Assembly: GCA_951406725.2 (NCBI GenBank)
Contig: OX597839.1
Location: 2,542,001 to 2,606,000 of the forward strand
DNA length: 64,000 nt
Source: Octopus vulgaris
Taxonomy: Eukaryota
Direction of reading: 5' to 3'
Under the pieces are notes generated by a model that saw only the letters and a program-made list of their open reading frames with translations, ran no database searches and was not told where the DNA came from. Shown here one piece after another: positions 1 to 12,241 of this stretch; the first letter of the stretch is position 1, and each line of letters opens with the position of its first letter. The position numbers and the translations under genes were made by a program.

Positions 1-347
1 CCTGTCACACATTCAGTGACACTTTCTGTCTTAGTGTGTGCTCTTGCTCTGCCTATTCCATTCTCTCATTGTTGTGGCTGCTTGTGTTTATTCAGGTTCC
101 AACGAATTCTTGCTGAAGAAGTCACAGATGTGCGAGGAAAGATTTCTGGACATTGGACATGACTTAGAATAAGAACAGTAACAAACAAGTGAAGAATGAG
201 TATATAGTGCAAATGTTTAATTGGCAAAAAAAAAAAAAAAAAGAAAAGAAAAATGACCATCCTGAAGTACAACAATATCTGTTTCAACACAGTTTCACAT
301 CAGGAATCTTGCAACACAAATTCATAAACATACATATATATATATAT

Positions 348-783
348 CGTTGCTAATATGTTAAACTGTTGTATGTCCAAATTTGGCTAAATGCGGTTTT
401 TACAATATTTAATTTTGCATGCAATAGTCAGTTCTTTTGGTCAAACTATCGTATCTCCAGCTGCTTCAGATGAAAATTGTCAAAGTGTAGTACAAAGGTT
501 TGGCATTTTCAAAAGTCTCGTAAGTCCAACATACGACAATTTTTGCAAAAATATTTCTAACTGAAAATATCATACATGCATGGAGTTACGATTTTAAACA
601 GTTTTTGTGTTTTTCTTAAATGGCTTATAAACACCTTCCATGCTGCAATTGTTTTCGTTCCAGCACATGATCTCAGATCAGGTCACTTGCTATGCAAGTA
701 CATCTCCGTAATGGTGAAACTATTTTTTCATTTTCTGAAAAAGCAATGTTTTGGACTTAAGACACTTTCGCATATTAACAACG
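348..783. mobile_element. Non-autonomous DNA transposon (MITE) with 13-bp terminal inverted repeats
   Basis: CGTTGCTAATATG (348-360) vs CATATTAACAACG (771-783), one mismatch; (TA)n on both sides; no credible ORF. Confidence 0.55.
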
Positions 784-793
784 ATATATATAT

Positions 794-1207
794 AGAAAAT
801 GTGGAAGGCCCAACTGCGGAATCTGTGTCATCTTGATAGAAGGTTCAGAATTTATACTAGAACAAGGCCACCAGTTCACCATTAGAGCAAACTTCACCTG
901 TGCATCAGAAAACTTAATTTACGTCATAACATGCGCAGGCTGCAATAGGCAGTATATAGGCCATACAAACAATAGCTTACGTAACAGGATGGCGGTGCAT
1001 AAATCACAAATTAGAAACCCTGAATACCGGAAAATACCGGTCAGCGGACACATAGATAGATGTGCTGGAAATGTAAATCCGAAATTTACAACTTACCCGC
1101 TTTATAAATTCAGTGACAACGCAACCTTCACGCAACGCCAAAATAAAGAACTGTATTTCATCAAAAAATTTAGACCAAGTTTAAACACCATGGGCCAGGA
1201 ATATTAA
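794..1207 (+). pseudogene. GIY-YIG endonuclease C-terminal part of a PLE ORF
   Basis: In frame from 794: RKCGRPNCGIC...ANFTCASENLIYVITCAGCNRQYIGHT..LRNRMAVH....KELYFIKKFRPSLN; LIY-x-CxxC-YIG, conserved R/H/E/N, and an upstream Cys cluster typical of Neptune PLEs. Confidence 0.85.
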
Positions 1208-1396
1208 AACAAAAGATTGGTCCTCCGAAAAGGAGAAGCAAAATTCCACCACGGCCGCTACCTTAAACAGTCACTCACACTGACGGAAATATGTCTAAGG
1301 GAAAAGGGAAAAAAATTTATAAAAAGATCTCTTCGAACAGATCTAATCCTGATGGACTGGCCACATACGATACAGCTAAGGGTCAGACCCGATTCG

Positions 1397-1850
1397 GATT
1401 GGTCAACACATTGATGACGTCTCGTTCTGCTAGACTGGCCACCTAACGGGACGATTGGTCAAAACAGTGATGACGTCCTGTTACGCTGGACTGGCCACCT
1501 AACAGGATACAGACAAGGGGCAGATCTAATACAGCTATAGGTTGGGATTGGTCAGAATATTGATGACGTCCCGTTCTGCTTGACTAACCACCTAACAGGA
1601 TACAGACAAGGGGCAGATCTAATACAGCTATAGGTTGGGATTGGTCAGAATATTGATGACGTCCCGTTCTGCTTGACTAGCCACCTAATAGGATACAGAC
1701 AAGGGGCAGATCTAATACAGCTATAGGTCGGGATTGGTCAGAATATTGATGACGTCCCGTTCTGCTTGACTAGCCACCTAACGAAACGATTGGTCAAAAC
1801 GTTGATGACGTCACGTTCCGCTGTACTGTCCACCTAACAGGTGATATAAA
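1397..1850 (+). promoter_or_regulatory. Tandem array of six CCAAT(ATTGG)+CRE(TGACGTC) modules followed by a TATA box
   Basis: GATTGGTC at 1397, 1453, 1546, 1639, 1732, 1788 (spacing 56, 93, 93, 93, 56), each followed at a fixed distance by TGATGACGTC; TATAAAA at 1845. Confidence 0.6.
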
Positions 1851-2049
1851 ACCCAAACAATTCACAAGGTTCGCCAGAACTGTCCAGCGGACACCGACCA
1901 AAAGTCATCACAGTTGCTCAAGGGAAAATCTAAAATGAATTCCTCGCTCTTTCAAGAACATCAATTTTTTATATTGACTGCACATCACCACTATGAACTA
2001 TTTTTTATATTGAATGCATATCACCACTATGAACCACTGCATCATACTC

Positions 2050-2270
2050 TATAAACATATAGCATGAACTCACTTCACTATATATGAACTTTTGATGTCT
2101 GACTCTATTGGATATTATATATGAATTTTTTATATTTGATAGCATGAACTATCTTTTTTATAAACATATAGCATGAACTCACTTCACTATATATGAACTT
2201 TTGATGTCTGACTCTATTGTATATTATATATGAATTTTTTATATTTGATAGCATGAACTATCTTTTTTAT
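2050..2270 (+). repeat. About 110-bp tandem duplication within the PLE pseudo-LTR
   Basis: TAAACATATAGCATGAACTCACTTCAC...GCATGAACTATCTTTTT occurs twice, near identical. Confidence 0.8.
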
Positions 2271-2279
2271 ATATAATTT

Positions 2280-2324
2280 TTTTTGATAAGGTTCATCTTT
2301 TCAAGAACCGAAACATATTAAATA
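2280..2324 (+). ncRNA. Degenerate minimal hammerhead ribozyme in the PLE pseudo-LTR
   Basis: UUGAUAA-GGUUC-loop-GAACC-GAAAC-AUAU-UA: perfect 5-bp stem II and GAAAC; core differs from CUGAUGA at two positions. Confidence 0.5.
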
Positions 2325-2425
2325 AATAATGTATATATAAAAATTAAAAATTTGTCTAATATAGCAGCATTTTTGAACTTCATTTTTTACAAATATATAC
2401 CCACTCGTATACGAGCTAATCTTAT

Positions 2426-2455
<30 letters not shown>

Positions 2456-2457
<2 letters not shown>

Positions 2458-3225
2458 GGGGTTGGACAAAATAATGGAAATACCTAAAAATTTCAAACAA
2501 ATTTATTTTAATACGGGGTAGGACTGCCTTTGGAAGTAATTACAGTTTGAGTTCTACAAAGTTTGAATTGTTTCCAAAGGAAATTTTGTCCATTCTTCAG
2601 CTAAAACAGTCTCCAGTTCTTGTAGATATGATGGTGGAGGATATTGACTCCTTACTTGTTTTTCTAAAATGCACCATAAATGTTTAATAATATTGAGATC
2701 TGGGGACTGTGGTGGCCAGATAAGATGTTCAACTTTGCTAGACTTTAGCTGTGTGAATTAGTGTATTATCATCCTGAAAGATTGCGTTTCCCTCTGGAAA
2801 CAGTTCCGTAATCATAGGATGAATTTGATCAGATAAAATGCTTAAATTGTCTTGACTATTAATTCTGCCATGAAGGGAAACCATTGAGCTGGCAGATTTC
2901 CAAGATATAGTCCCCCACCCCGATCATCACAGATCCTCCTCCATGTTTAACAGTTGGAAGAAGGCAGTCTGGGTCAGATGCTTCTTTCAGCTGTCTTCAC
3001 ATGTATACTCAGCCAGTAGTTGGAAATAAAGTAAAGGATGACTCATCCAAGAAAATAACATTCTTCCACTGCTCTAGAGGCCAATTCTGTAGGTTTTTAC
3101 TCCACTCTAAACCCTTTGTAACATTTGTTTTTGAAAGTAGTGGTTTTCAGATTGCCGCCTTCCCATGAAATCTGGCTTTGTGCAGCTCCTGGCAAGCAGT
3201 TTTTGTAGAAACTGGGTTCTTAAGG
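2456..3225 (-). mobile_element. Tc1-family (DD34E-type) transposon remnant, decayed transposase and one TIR
   Basis: TA|CAGGGGTTGGACAAAATAATGGAAA terminus at 2456; minus strand reads WKNVIFxDES, GNAIFQDDN and WPPQSPDLNIIKHLW with frameshifts. Confidence 0.85.
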
Positions 3226-3562
3226 TGTATGTATTTATTTGTTACAGACTATGAATTTGTCTTTAGGTTGTTAAATTACTAATAAGCCACCCATATTATT
3301 TGTGCATATATATAGCTCACAGATGAGATCCCGATATTCTCTGCATAGAATACCTTTTTTCCACCCCTTTAATTTTCTGTTCATTGTACTCTGTGTACCT
3401 TGGACCTATTACTATAAATATCTATATATTTATACATATAAATTCATCATCTGAAAGTCTCCACCTTTTGCATGTATACATATTTGCATAGTTTGTATTT
3501 GATGTACTTAATATATTTAAAATATTTGAAGTGTCTAATTTGTTTATCTTCATAATTGCTTC

Positions 3563-3613
<51 letters not shown>

Positions 3614-3941
3614 TATATATACACATGTATATATACACACATATGTATGTGTGTATGTATATTTAATGAAAATATTCAATGTACGTGAGTCAGTGTGTTT
3701 ATGTATCCATACACATATATACACAAGCATTCACAGCCATTTCACAGTAAGTCAGCCATGGAGGAGTGGTTCCCACCAAAATCTGACATTACTCCCTAAG
3801 GCAAACTCTACATAACTGGTAAACATTAAATGTCCCCTTAATTGAGGGCCAGGGGTGGAATTTCAGAGAAAATTGAAACTGAACTGGCAGATAAAAGATT
3901 ATATATGTACAATAAAAATAGGAAGTCTGAGGGAAAAATCT

Positions 3942-3985
<44 letters not shown>

Positions 3986-3989
3986 TATT

Positions 3990-4033
<44 letters not shown>

Positions 4034-4139
4034 AACACATAGATATATATATATACAGACACACATATACATATATGACAAATATGTGCATAAACCATTT
4101 GATTTATTACCCATATACATATATATATATACATACATA

Positions 4140-4350
4140 TACATACATATACCTATATACACACACATACATACATATATATACCTATATACACACACAT
4201 ACATACATACATATACCTATATACACACACATACATACATACATATACCTATATACACACACATACATACATACATATACCTATATACACACACATACAT
4301 ACATATATATACCTATATACACACACATACATACATATATATACCTATAT

Positions 4351-4370
<20 letters not shown>
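4140..4370. repeat. About 28-bp minisatellite (ATACCTATATACACACACATACATACAT)n
   Basis: Regular recurrence of ACCTAT inside a TA/CA tract, about 8 units. Confidence 0.75.
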
Positions 4371-4383
<13 letters not shown>

Positions 4384-4904
4384 CCATACACACACATACG
4401 TATACATACATACATGCAGATACACAAGCACACACTCTCTATTTATGTAAGTATATACATGTGTGTATGAAGTATATATATATATGTGTGTGTGTGCATA
4501 TAAATACACACACACACATACATATGTACGTACATACGTATATACATATTTATAAATGAAATAGCATTTATGATATGCAAAGGATTTGGAATCCTTTCCA
4601 AATAGTTTCAAAAAACCTTGATATCAATATCATTCCGTATTCCATCAGGATTAGTCTTGCAGAAATATAGAAATAGAAAAAAGCACACTCTCTGTGATGT
4701 CAGCATACCCTGGTTGCCATGGAGTTTGATTTCTTGGGTGCCAGAAGTAATCATGAAAGCTAAGAACACTTCAACTCTATCTGATTAACTGACACAAAGG
4801 CGAAAATTTAAGTAAATATTAAAATCATACCAAAAAATTTTTTTTAAATAGAATAAAAAGATAGAAAAATATAAATAAAAAAAATTTTATCTGAAGAAAT
4901 TGTG

Positions 4905-5408
4905 TCTGTGTGGTAAGAAGCTTGATTCTCTACCACATAGTTCTAGGTTCAGTCCCACAGCATGGCACCATGGGCAAGTGTCTCCTACTATAGCTATTTC
5001 TTTATTACCCACAAGGGGCTAAACATAGAGGGGACAGACATGGGTATTAAGTCGATTACATCGACCCCAGTGCGTAACTGGTACTTTATTTATCGACCCC
5101 GAAAGGATGAAAGGCCCTCGGACTGAACAAAGCTTTGTGAGTGAATTTGATAGATGGAAACTGAAAGAAGCCTGTCATGTATAGATATATGTGTGTCTTT
5201 GTATTCCCTTCCCAACCTTAATTGCTAGACAACTGGTGTTAAGTGTTTTTAGGTCCCCATAACTTAGCAGTTTGGCAAAAGAGAGACTGATAGAATAAGT
5301 ACTGGGCTTACAAAGAATACATCCTGGGGTCAAATTCTTCGACTAAAACCTCTTTAGGGCAGTGCTCCGCCATGGCCACAGTCAAATGACAGAAACAAGT
5401 AAAAGAAT
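4905..5408 (+). mobile_element. SINE family A (diverged) with a nested family-B fragment (about 4995-5115, opposite strand)
   Basis: Family-A head and tail (CATGGCCACAGTCAAATGACAGAAAC) interrupted after CTACTATAGC by a segment ending GAAAGGATGAAAGGC. Confidence 0.7.
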
Positions 5409-5712
5409 AAGACTTTTGGTAACCAAAGAGAAATACTTCCAAAAATGGTTTGAAAACTCAAAAGTTTAATCATTGTGTGTTCTTAATTCTTTAGTTGCCA
5501 TATTTCCTTTCAAATACATTGCCTTTTCCTTTCTTTCTTTCTTTCTTTCACTTGTTTCAGTCACTAGACTGTGGCCATGCTGTGGTACCACCCTGAAGTA
5601 TTTTAGTTCAATGAATCCACCCCAGTACTTACTTTTTTTTAAAATACATGCATACATATATGACAGGCTTCTTTCAGTTTCCACACACACTACAAAGCTC
5701 AATCACTTCTAT

Positions 5713-5785
<73 letters not shown>

Positions 5786-5807
5786 ATATATATATGTATA
5801 TATATTA

Positions 5808-6188
5808 GGTGCAGTAGTGGCTGTGTGGTAAGTAGCTTGCTAACCAACCACATGGTTCCGGGTTCAGTCCCACTGCGTGGCACCTTGGGCAAGTGTCTTC
5901 TACTATAGCCTCGGGCCGACCAAAGCCTTGTGAGTGGATTTGGTAGACGGAAACTGAAAGAAGTCCGTCGTATATATGTATATATATGTGTGTGTGTTTG
6001 TCCCCCTAGCATTGCTTGACAACCGATGCTGGTGTGTTTATGTCCCCGTCACTTAGCGGTTCGGCAAAAAGAGACCGATAGAATAAGTACTGGGCTTACA
6101 AAGAATAAGTCCCGGGGTCGAGTTGCTCGATTAAAGGCGGTGCTCCAGCATGGCCGCAGTCAATTGACTGAAACAAATAGAAGAGTAG
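5808..6188 (+). mobile_element. tRNA-derived SINE family A, full length
   Basis: A-box-like TGGCTGTGTGG, B-box-like GGTTCAGTCCC, CORE-like CACCTTGGGCAAGTGTCTT, internal (TA)n(TG)n, tail GGCGGTGCTCCAGCATGGCCGCAGTCAA..TGACTGAAAC; many near-identical copies in the window. Confidence 0.85.
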
Positions 6189-6189
6189 A

Positions 6190-6247
<58 letters not shown>

Positions 6248-6359
6248 AAGAGAGCTACAGATATGCTTCCTTGCTTATGCTTGTCCAACAAATCCAATGT
6301 TAACACAATGCATACACACACTCATACGCTTCTATATGTGTGTGTGTATAAACATATCA

Positions 6360-6395
<36 letters not shown>

Positions 6396-6800
6396 GTATA
6401 TATGTGTATATGTCTGTATACACATGTATGTATGCATACACATGCAAGTACTATATCTATATATGGTCGTCTTAGTTGTAAATCTTGATTCTAAACTGCT
6501 TGGTAATCTAGTGGCAGCCCCTAAGGAAAGATTGTTGGAAATATATTTGTCAAATACAATCACATCAGATTTTCTCCTCAACTCCTTGCCAACCTAAACC
6601 AGCCAATTTTCGAAGTAATTTAAGCCAAAACTTTGGGTGAAACCTGATTTTGGTTGTAGAGGGAAGGATGGCTGGTTTTGTGAAGTAGTAGTAGTAATAG
6701 TAGTCGTGGTGATGGTGGCGGCAGCGGATGGTGTGGGTGTTGTGGTGGTGATGATGATAGGCTATTTTTGAATGCATATGTGTGTTTGTCTATATACTTG

Positions 6801-6832
<32 letters not shown>

Positions 6833-7342
6833 CATCTCTCTCTCTCTTTATCTCTCTATCTGTCTGTCTGTCTCTATCCATTTATTCATCTCTCTCTCTC
6901 TCTGTTTATCTTTCTATTTGTCTTTATCTATCCATTTCTCTGTCTGTCTGTCTGTCTATTTATCTATCTATCTATCTGTCTATCTATCTATCTATATATT
7001 TCTCTCTTTCTCTTTTCTCTCCCCCACTCTCTCTATCTATCTGTCTGTCTGTCTGTCTATTTATCCCTCTGTCTACCTATCTCTCTGCCTGTCTATCAAT
7101 CCATCCCTCTGTCTGTCTGTATATCAGTCAATCTACCTACATATCTACAAATCAATCTACCCAGCAAGTGACCCACTGAAAAAACACACACACATAACCA
7201 TAGTAATTTGAGTACAGTGCAATCTGTGACATAATGTGGCCCCAATTTTGTACCTAAAATTCAGTAATAAACTTGCTCCTGGCTGTGTGGTACAGAAGCT
7301 CGCTTTGAAAAATGAATGTATATACGTATATGTGCATGTATA

Positions 7343-7408
<66 letters not shown>

Positions 7409-7618
7409 GATACATTGCAGAACTGTTATTTTAACAAGTTGTGTTTATTTATCACCCGAGATACATCTGCACCACCAGATGTTCTTGAACCAGTTGTTAA
7501 GTGTACCACCTGTGAGGGATCGATGCTAGATGTGTCGAAATAATTGTCAATTAATAACAAATTCTCGCATATTCCATTGGCTGTCTTTCATTTACCATAT
7601 ATATACATATATATAGCA

Positions 7619-7665
7619 AAAACTGTCCGATGAACAGCAATGCGAAACTCAGAGTAACAGGTTTT
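7619..7665 (+). ncRNA. Minimal hammerhead-like motif (U4C core variant) in a short PLE-like insert
   Basis: AAAACUGU-CCGAUGA-ACAGCAAUGC-GAAA-CUCAGAG-UA-ACAGGUUUU: stem I and stem III pair, stem II is weak; second copy at 39570. Confidence 0.5.
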
Positions 7666-7850
7666 GTTGAATTTTCTGCTGCTTTAAATAAAGCATATTA
7701 CTCTACCACTGGTATTTGAGTACTCTTTTTTCCACCTTGTTTCACATTTATGTGTTTACTCCGGTGTAACCCGCTCCTTATAAAAGTTTGAGCGACTCTG
7801 CACAAGTAGGAAGAATAAACAGCATATATATATATATATATATACATACA

Positions 7851-8060
7851 TACTCTTTACTCTTTTACTTGTTTCAGTCATTTGACTGCGGCCATGCTGG
7901 AGCACCGCCTTTAATCGAGCAACTTGACCCCGGGACTTATTCTTTTGTAAGCCCAGTACTTATTATATCGGTCTCTTTTACCGAACCGCTAAGTTACGGG
8001 GACAGAAACACACCAGCATTGGTTGTCAAGCAATGCTGAGGGACAAACACAGACACACAA

Positions 8061-8095
<35 letters not shown>

Positions 8096-8255
8096 CGACA
8101 GGCTTCTTTCAGTTTCCGTCTACCAAATCCACTCACAAGGCATTGGTCGGCCCGAGGCTATAGCAGAAGACATTTGCCCAAGATGCCACGCAGTGGGACT
8201 GAACCCGGAACCATGTGGTTGGTTAGCAAGCTACTTACCACACAGCCACTCCCGC
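7851..8255 (-). mobile_element. SINE family A, full length
   Basis: Reverse complement of the 5808-6188 consensus with a (GAGTAAAA)n tail. Confidence 0.85.
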
Positions 8256-8261
8256 TATATA

Positions 8262-9000
8262 TCAGTGGTGACTCTGGCACTCACACTGTTCGGGCTTAGC
8301 CGAAGTATAAATTTAGTAAAGTGAAGGTGTATTAGCAAGCTGTTTTAATTACTGCCAAAACTGACTTCAAGTATGTAATTGCAGCCAATAACTCGGGCTC
8401 TTTTTATTGAGCCTGGTCACAGTTCATTTACATTCATTCAGAGTCTGGCGGTTTTCTTAGAGATACCCTATGTCAAAAAATATCATTCATAGCAGACATT
8501 CTCTTGACATTGTTCACACGCACCTGACTTGGGCTCAGAAGTTACAGCCCGAATTGTTATCTATAATCGTAAAAAAATTAGAAGTAATTCAAATTCAATG
8601 TTTTCTTGAAACAATAAATTTCTATAGAGATTAGGATTTAAATTCTAGTCTATGAAAAGTTTCCGTTCTACAATATTTTTAAACGAACAAAAGATTAACC
8701 AGAAACTCAGGCTAATACGAACGAGCCTGGTAGGTGTAACATACTAACTGGCATCTCTTGTCAAGAGTACAGGCGACAGTCAGATCACTGATGTTTGTTG
8801 TGCACTCCACTGTCTTTATTTGATTGCTCTTATTCTGCGCGTCTGTGTGTAAAGATCAGTTGTGTTTTGCAGGGTTGCTTTATTTTTACCCTTAATTTAG
8901 ATATGGAGAAAGACATAGTGCTAGATATAAACAATAAGCCATTTGGGGCTAGAAATATTATGGAAAAACGTGGAATTCTTCAAGCAGGCATGTGATGAGC
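8262..9000 (+). mobile_element. Possible hAT (Tip100-like) transposon 5' fragment
   Basis: Starts CAGTGGTGACTCTGGC after TA; MEKDIVLDINNKPFGARNIMEK resembles, from memory, hAT transposase N-termini; no catalytic region present. Confidence 0.3.
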
Positions 9001-9230
9001 CTCAGTGATGCTGATGACCTGGAGTCACGTCTTTCATCATCATCATCATATATATCCCTTACCTTCGAAACACGCATTGAGTCGAACCAGGGGCAGCTGA
9101 TGAAGGGGAATTTTCCTTGTATTGTTTGTCCTGTACTCTGTTTTTTCGTTATTAAAAAAAGTCCGTTTCCTTGTTTGATTTTATGTTTTCGTTTGTCGTT
9201 GTGTTGTATGTTTATTTGTGGTGTCCTGTA

Positions 9231-9274
<44 letters not shown>

Positions 9275-9424
9275 TGTATATATACATATAGATGTAAGTA
9301 TGTACATATATGTATGTATATATGCATATGTTTTATTTATTTTATATATATATATATATATATACATACACAGCTCATGCCAGCACAGAAAACGAACATA
9401 TGATGATGATGATGATGGTGATGA

Positions 9425-9471
<47 letters not shown>

Positions 9472-10559
9472 AAAAGATGCATACACATATGCCTGCCAAT
9501 AAATTAACACACACACACACATATACACATACATACACACATTTTCTGGCTGGAAGTCCAGAAATGTCTATGGCTACACAGTCACTGGTTTGGTTAGTAA
9601 TGATAGTATTGGCAGTAGTGGCAGCAGTGGTGCCAGTGGGGATGGAATCGAGGTAGTAGTAGTTGTAGTAGTAATGGTGTCAAGGTGGTACACTGGAAGT
9701 GGTTATGGTGGTGATATAGTGTCGCGGTGTGGTTGTATGGAGGTGCTGTAATAGAAATGACTGAAGTTTTGTGGTATAAAAGGAAGTAGTATGGTGGTAG
9801 CAGAATGGAGGTAATAGTGATGGAGGAGTGGTGGTGGTGGTGGTAGCAGTAGCAAAGGTGGATGTGGTGATGGTAGTAGTAGTGATGGTGGTGATGGAAG
9901 GTTTGGTAGTGGTAGTGGTAGTACTACTACTAGTAGTAGCATTAGTAGTGCTAGGAAGAGGGGGTGATGGTTGTGTTGGTGGTAGGAGGAGGAGTGATGG
10001 TGGTAATACTAGTAGTAGTGGTGGTAGTGGTGGTAATAGTAGTAGTAGTAGAGAGAGAGAGAGCAATGGTTATGAAGGAAAGACAGATAAACAAATCAAC
10101 CGTAGAAATACTAACCTACTCCAATAAAGTAATTCAGGCTAGAAATTAGAATCTGAAGAACCGGTTAACCTATGCTGGTAATAAAAACCAAAAAAGAAAA
10201 AACAGAAAAACCCACACTAAATGGTTGACCCTTTCAGTCATCATCATCAGTATTGCAGACATAAACTGAACTCCCACTACTATGCCTGGGCTGTTTCCAG
10301 AAGCAAGTTCCTGGCCCCAAGCACACCTACCACTTCTCTACTCATGGTTATGCCATGAAAGAAAGACAAGTCAATGCATTCGTAGTTAACATGAAGCTGC
10401 AGGTATGGCAGCCTTCCACATTCTGGATTGAAGAAAGAAAGAAAGAAACAAAGCAAGAAAGAAGAACAAGAAAGGAGGAGGAGGAGGAGAAGGAAGAAGA
10501 CGCCACTGCCACCACCACCACCACCATTGAAGGATAATTTCCTCCCCGCCCCTTGGCAG

Positions 10560-10985
10560 TCTTGAAGGCCCTTAGAGGGCTTCTGGGAGTGGTGGAAGTA
10601 TCAAGGAAGACATCCGCAAATGAAAGACATAGCTTGAATGCTTATAATAGAGTGGACTCACAACATCATAAGCGGAAAGTGTAACCTCTCGAAAGAGCTG
10701 TTCTTCACTCCTGCTCCAGAGCGTCGGCTGCGGGGTTACTTCAAAAAGCTCTATCTGCGACGATTTCATCTCAATCGAAGGAGAGGGGCTTTCTCCGTCC
10801 GGGTTGCAGATCCGTGGAATAAGCTGCCAGACGAGATGGTGAAGATGTTGATGACCGCTCGGTTCAAAGTCTCCCTGGACCACAAGTGGCCTGAACTCTT
10901 TACATGAGCACCACCCTGTACATAACTCCATGTCCCCCTACATGGCCTTGCTTTTTGCTTTTTGAGCCAAAAATTAACTAACTAA
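10560..10985 (+). mobile_element. CR1-clade LINE 3' fragment
   Basis: ORF 10638-10907 RLRGYFKKLY...RRGAFSVRVADPWNKLPDEMV...FKVSLD is the typical CR1 ORF2 C-terminus; ends in a short (TAAC)n tail. Confidence 0.8.
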
Positions 10986-11024
10986 GAGTACCCAAATGTC
11001 AGGCGATGTTAAACCAACCACTGG

Positions 11025-11061
<37 letters not shown>

Positions 11062-11239
11062 CGTGCGTGTCTGGTGACGGGACATGTCTTGGTGATTAGG
11101 GTGTTGCACTCATGATTGTGAGATTGTGGTTTCAATTTCCAGACCAAGCACTGCATTGTATTCATGAGCAAAATACTTCCTTTCACGTTGCTCTGCAACT
11201 ATTTCGTCATCTGACACGTGGCACTTCATGCACCTACTC

Positions 11240-11392
11240 GAGTGTATGTGGATCATTTACTATGTATTTTCTTGAGTGGACGGCAAGGCCGGCTTTGCTC
11301 TGTGCCACAAAACCACAATGACAGGTAAAGTTTCCATTTAGAGGAATAGCGTTTTGTCAGTGTGCATTCATGCTTGCACGAAGTTGGTCTTG
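11240..11392 (-). mobile_element. LINE C-terminal zinc-finger remnant (RTE-like)
   Basis: Minus strand reads PLNGNFTCHCGFVAQSKAGLAVHSRK, a CxC-x12-H finger similar to RTE ORF ends; upstream in-frame stop. Confidence 0.4.
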
Positions 11393-12174
11393 AAATATAT
11401 ATATATATTAAGGAGAGAAAGGCCAATTTATGTTGAACATAAATACTTTGTGATATTTAGTCTGCAGCATTACGCAAGTTGACTTAGGTGAACACAGCCA
11501 TTTTAAACAGATCGATAAAAAACATAAACGCCAGACTATGTATTGAGGTGGAAGGGACGTGGAAATCAATATAATTGACTAAAAAAAAACCCTTCAATGT
11601 GTTGCTCCAGAATGGCCAAAGTCCAAATACCGAACAAAAGAATGTACACAATATACAAAAACAATAATAATAACAACAAAAAACAAAATCAATACAATCA
11701 CACAAAAATACTGAATTTGCTAATCAAAGCAAATTAAATGCTGATAATAGATGTTGAAGAACAAGCTAATAAGCCACCGTAATAATGACCTGTACACTGG
11801 CATTAAAACTTCCCGTACCCAACAATGCCCTCCCCCAAAGAAAACACAGAAAATCTTATTTTACCAGTTTGTGCGTGATGCACTTGTTTGAATGGTGCAA
11901 TGAATATACTGCACCAAACAACATGGCACTCTAATTGACATTGGAAGCCTATCACCCTTTCTTTTTTTTCTTTTCTCTCCAATCACCAAATGGTATGTTT
12001 CTCCCCCAAAATAGGCCCAGGGTGAAAGGTGGTTTGGGGATGTAATTTGAACTCAGAATGGAAAGAGCTGGACTAGATAAGGCAAGAGATCATGTCTGAT
12101 GTTTTAATAATTTCTCTGATCCACCACCTTGAATTAAATGAGTTTTCCTACGGACCCCTTTTAATATGATTATC

Positions 12175-12238
<64 letters not shown>

Positions 12239-12241
<3 letters not shown>

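Larger units (their letters stand above)
792..2430 (+). mobile_element. Penelope-like retroelement (Neptune-type), 5'-truncated: Zn-linker + GIY-YIG endonuclease + pseudo-LTR
   Basis: Bounded by (TA)n. Contains the GIY-YIG ORF, then tandem promoter-like repeats, a TATA box, a hammerhead-like motif and AATAAA, the architecture expected of a PLE 3' end. Confidence 0.8.

Noticed and set aside
96-162. Possible plus-strand terminal exon (ttcag|G FQRILAEEVTDVRGKISGHWT*)
   Set aside because: Too short, no recognisable homology and no supporting upstream exon in the window.
7508-7550. Hammerhead-like CTGTGAGG...TCGAAATAATTGTC
   Set aside because: Core has a deletion and stems I and II are not convincing.
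9058-9110. Permuted hammerhead (CCTTCGAAAC...CTGATGAAGG)
   Set aside because: Stem I does not pair and stem III is poor; at best PLE debris.
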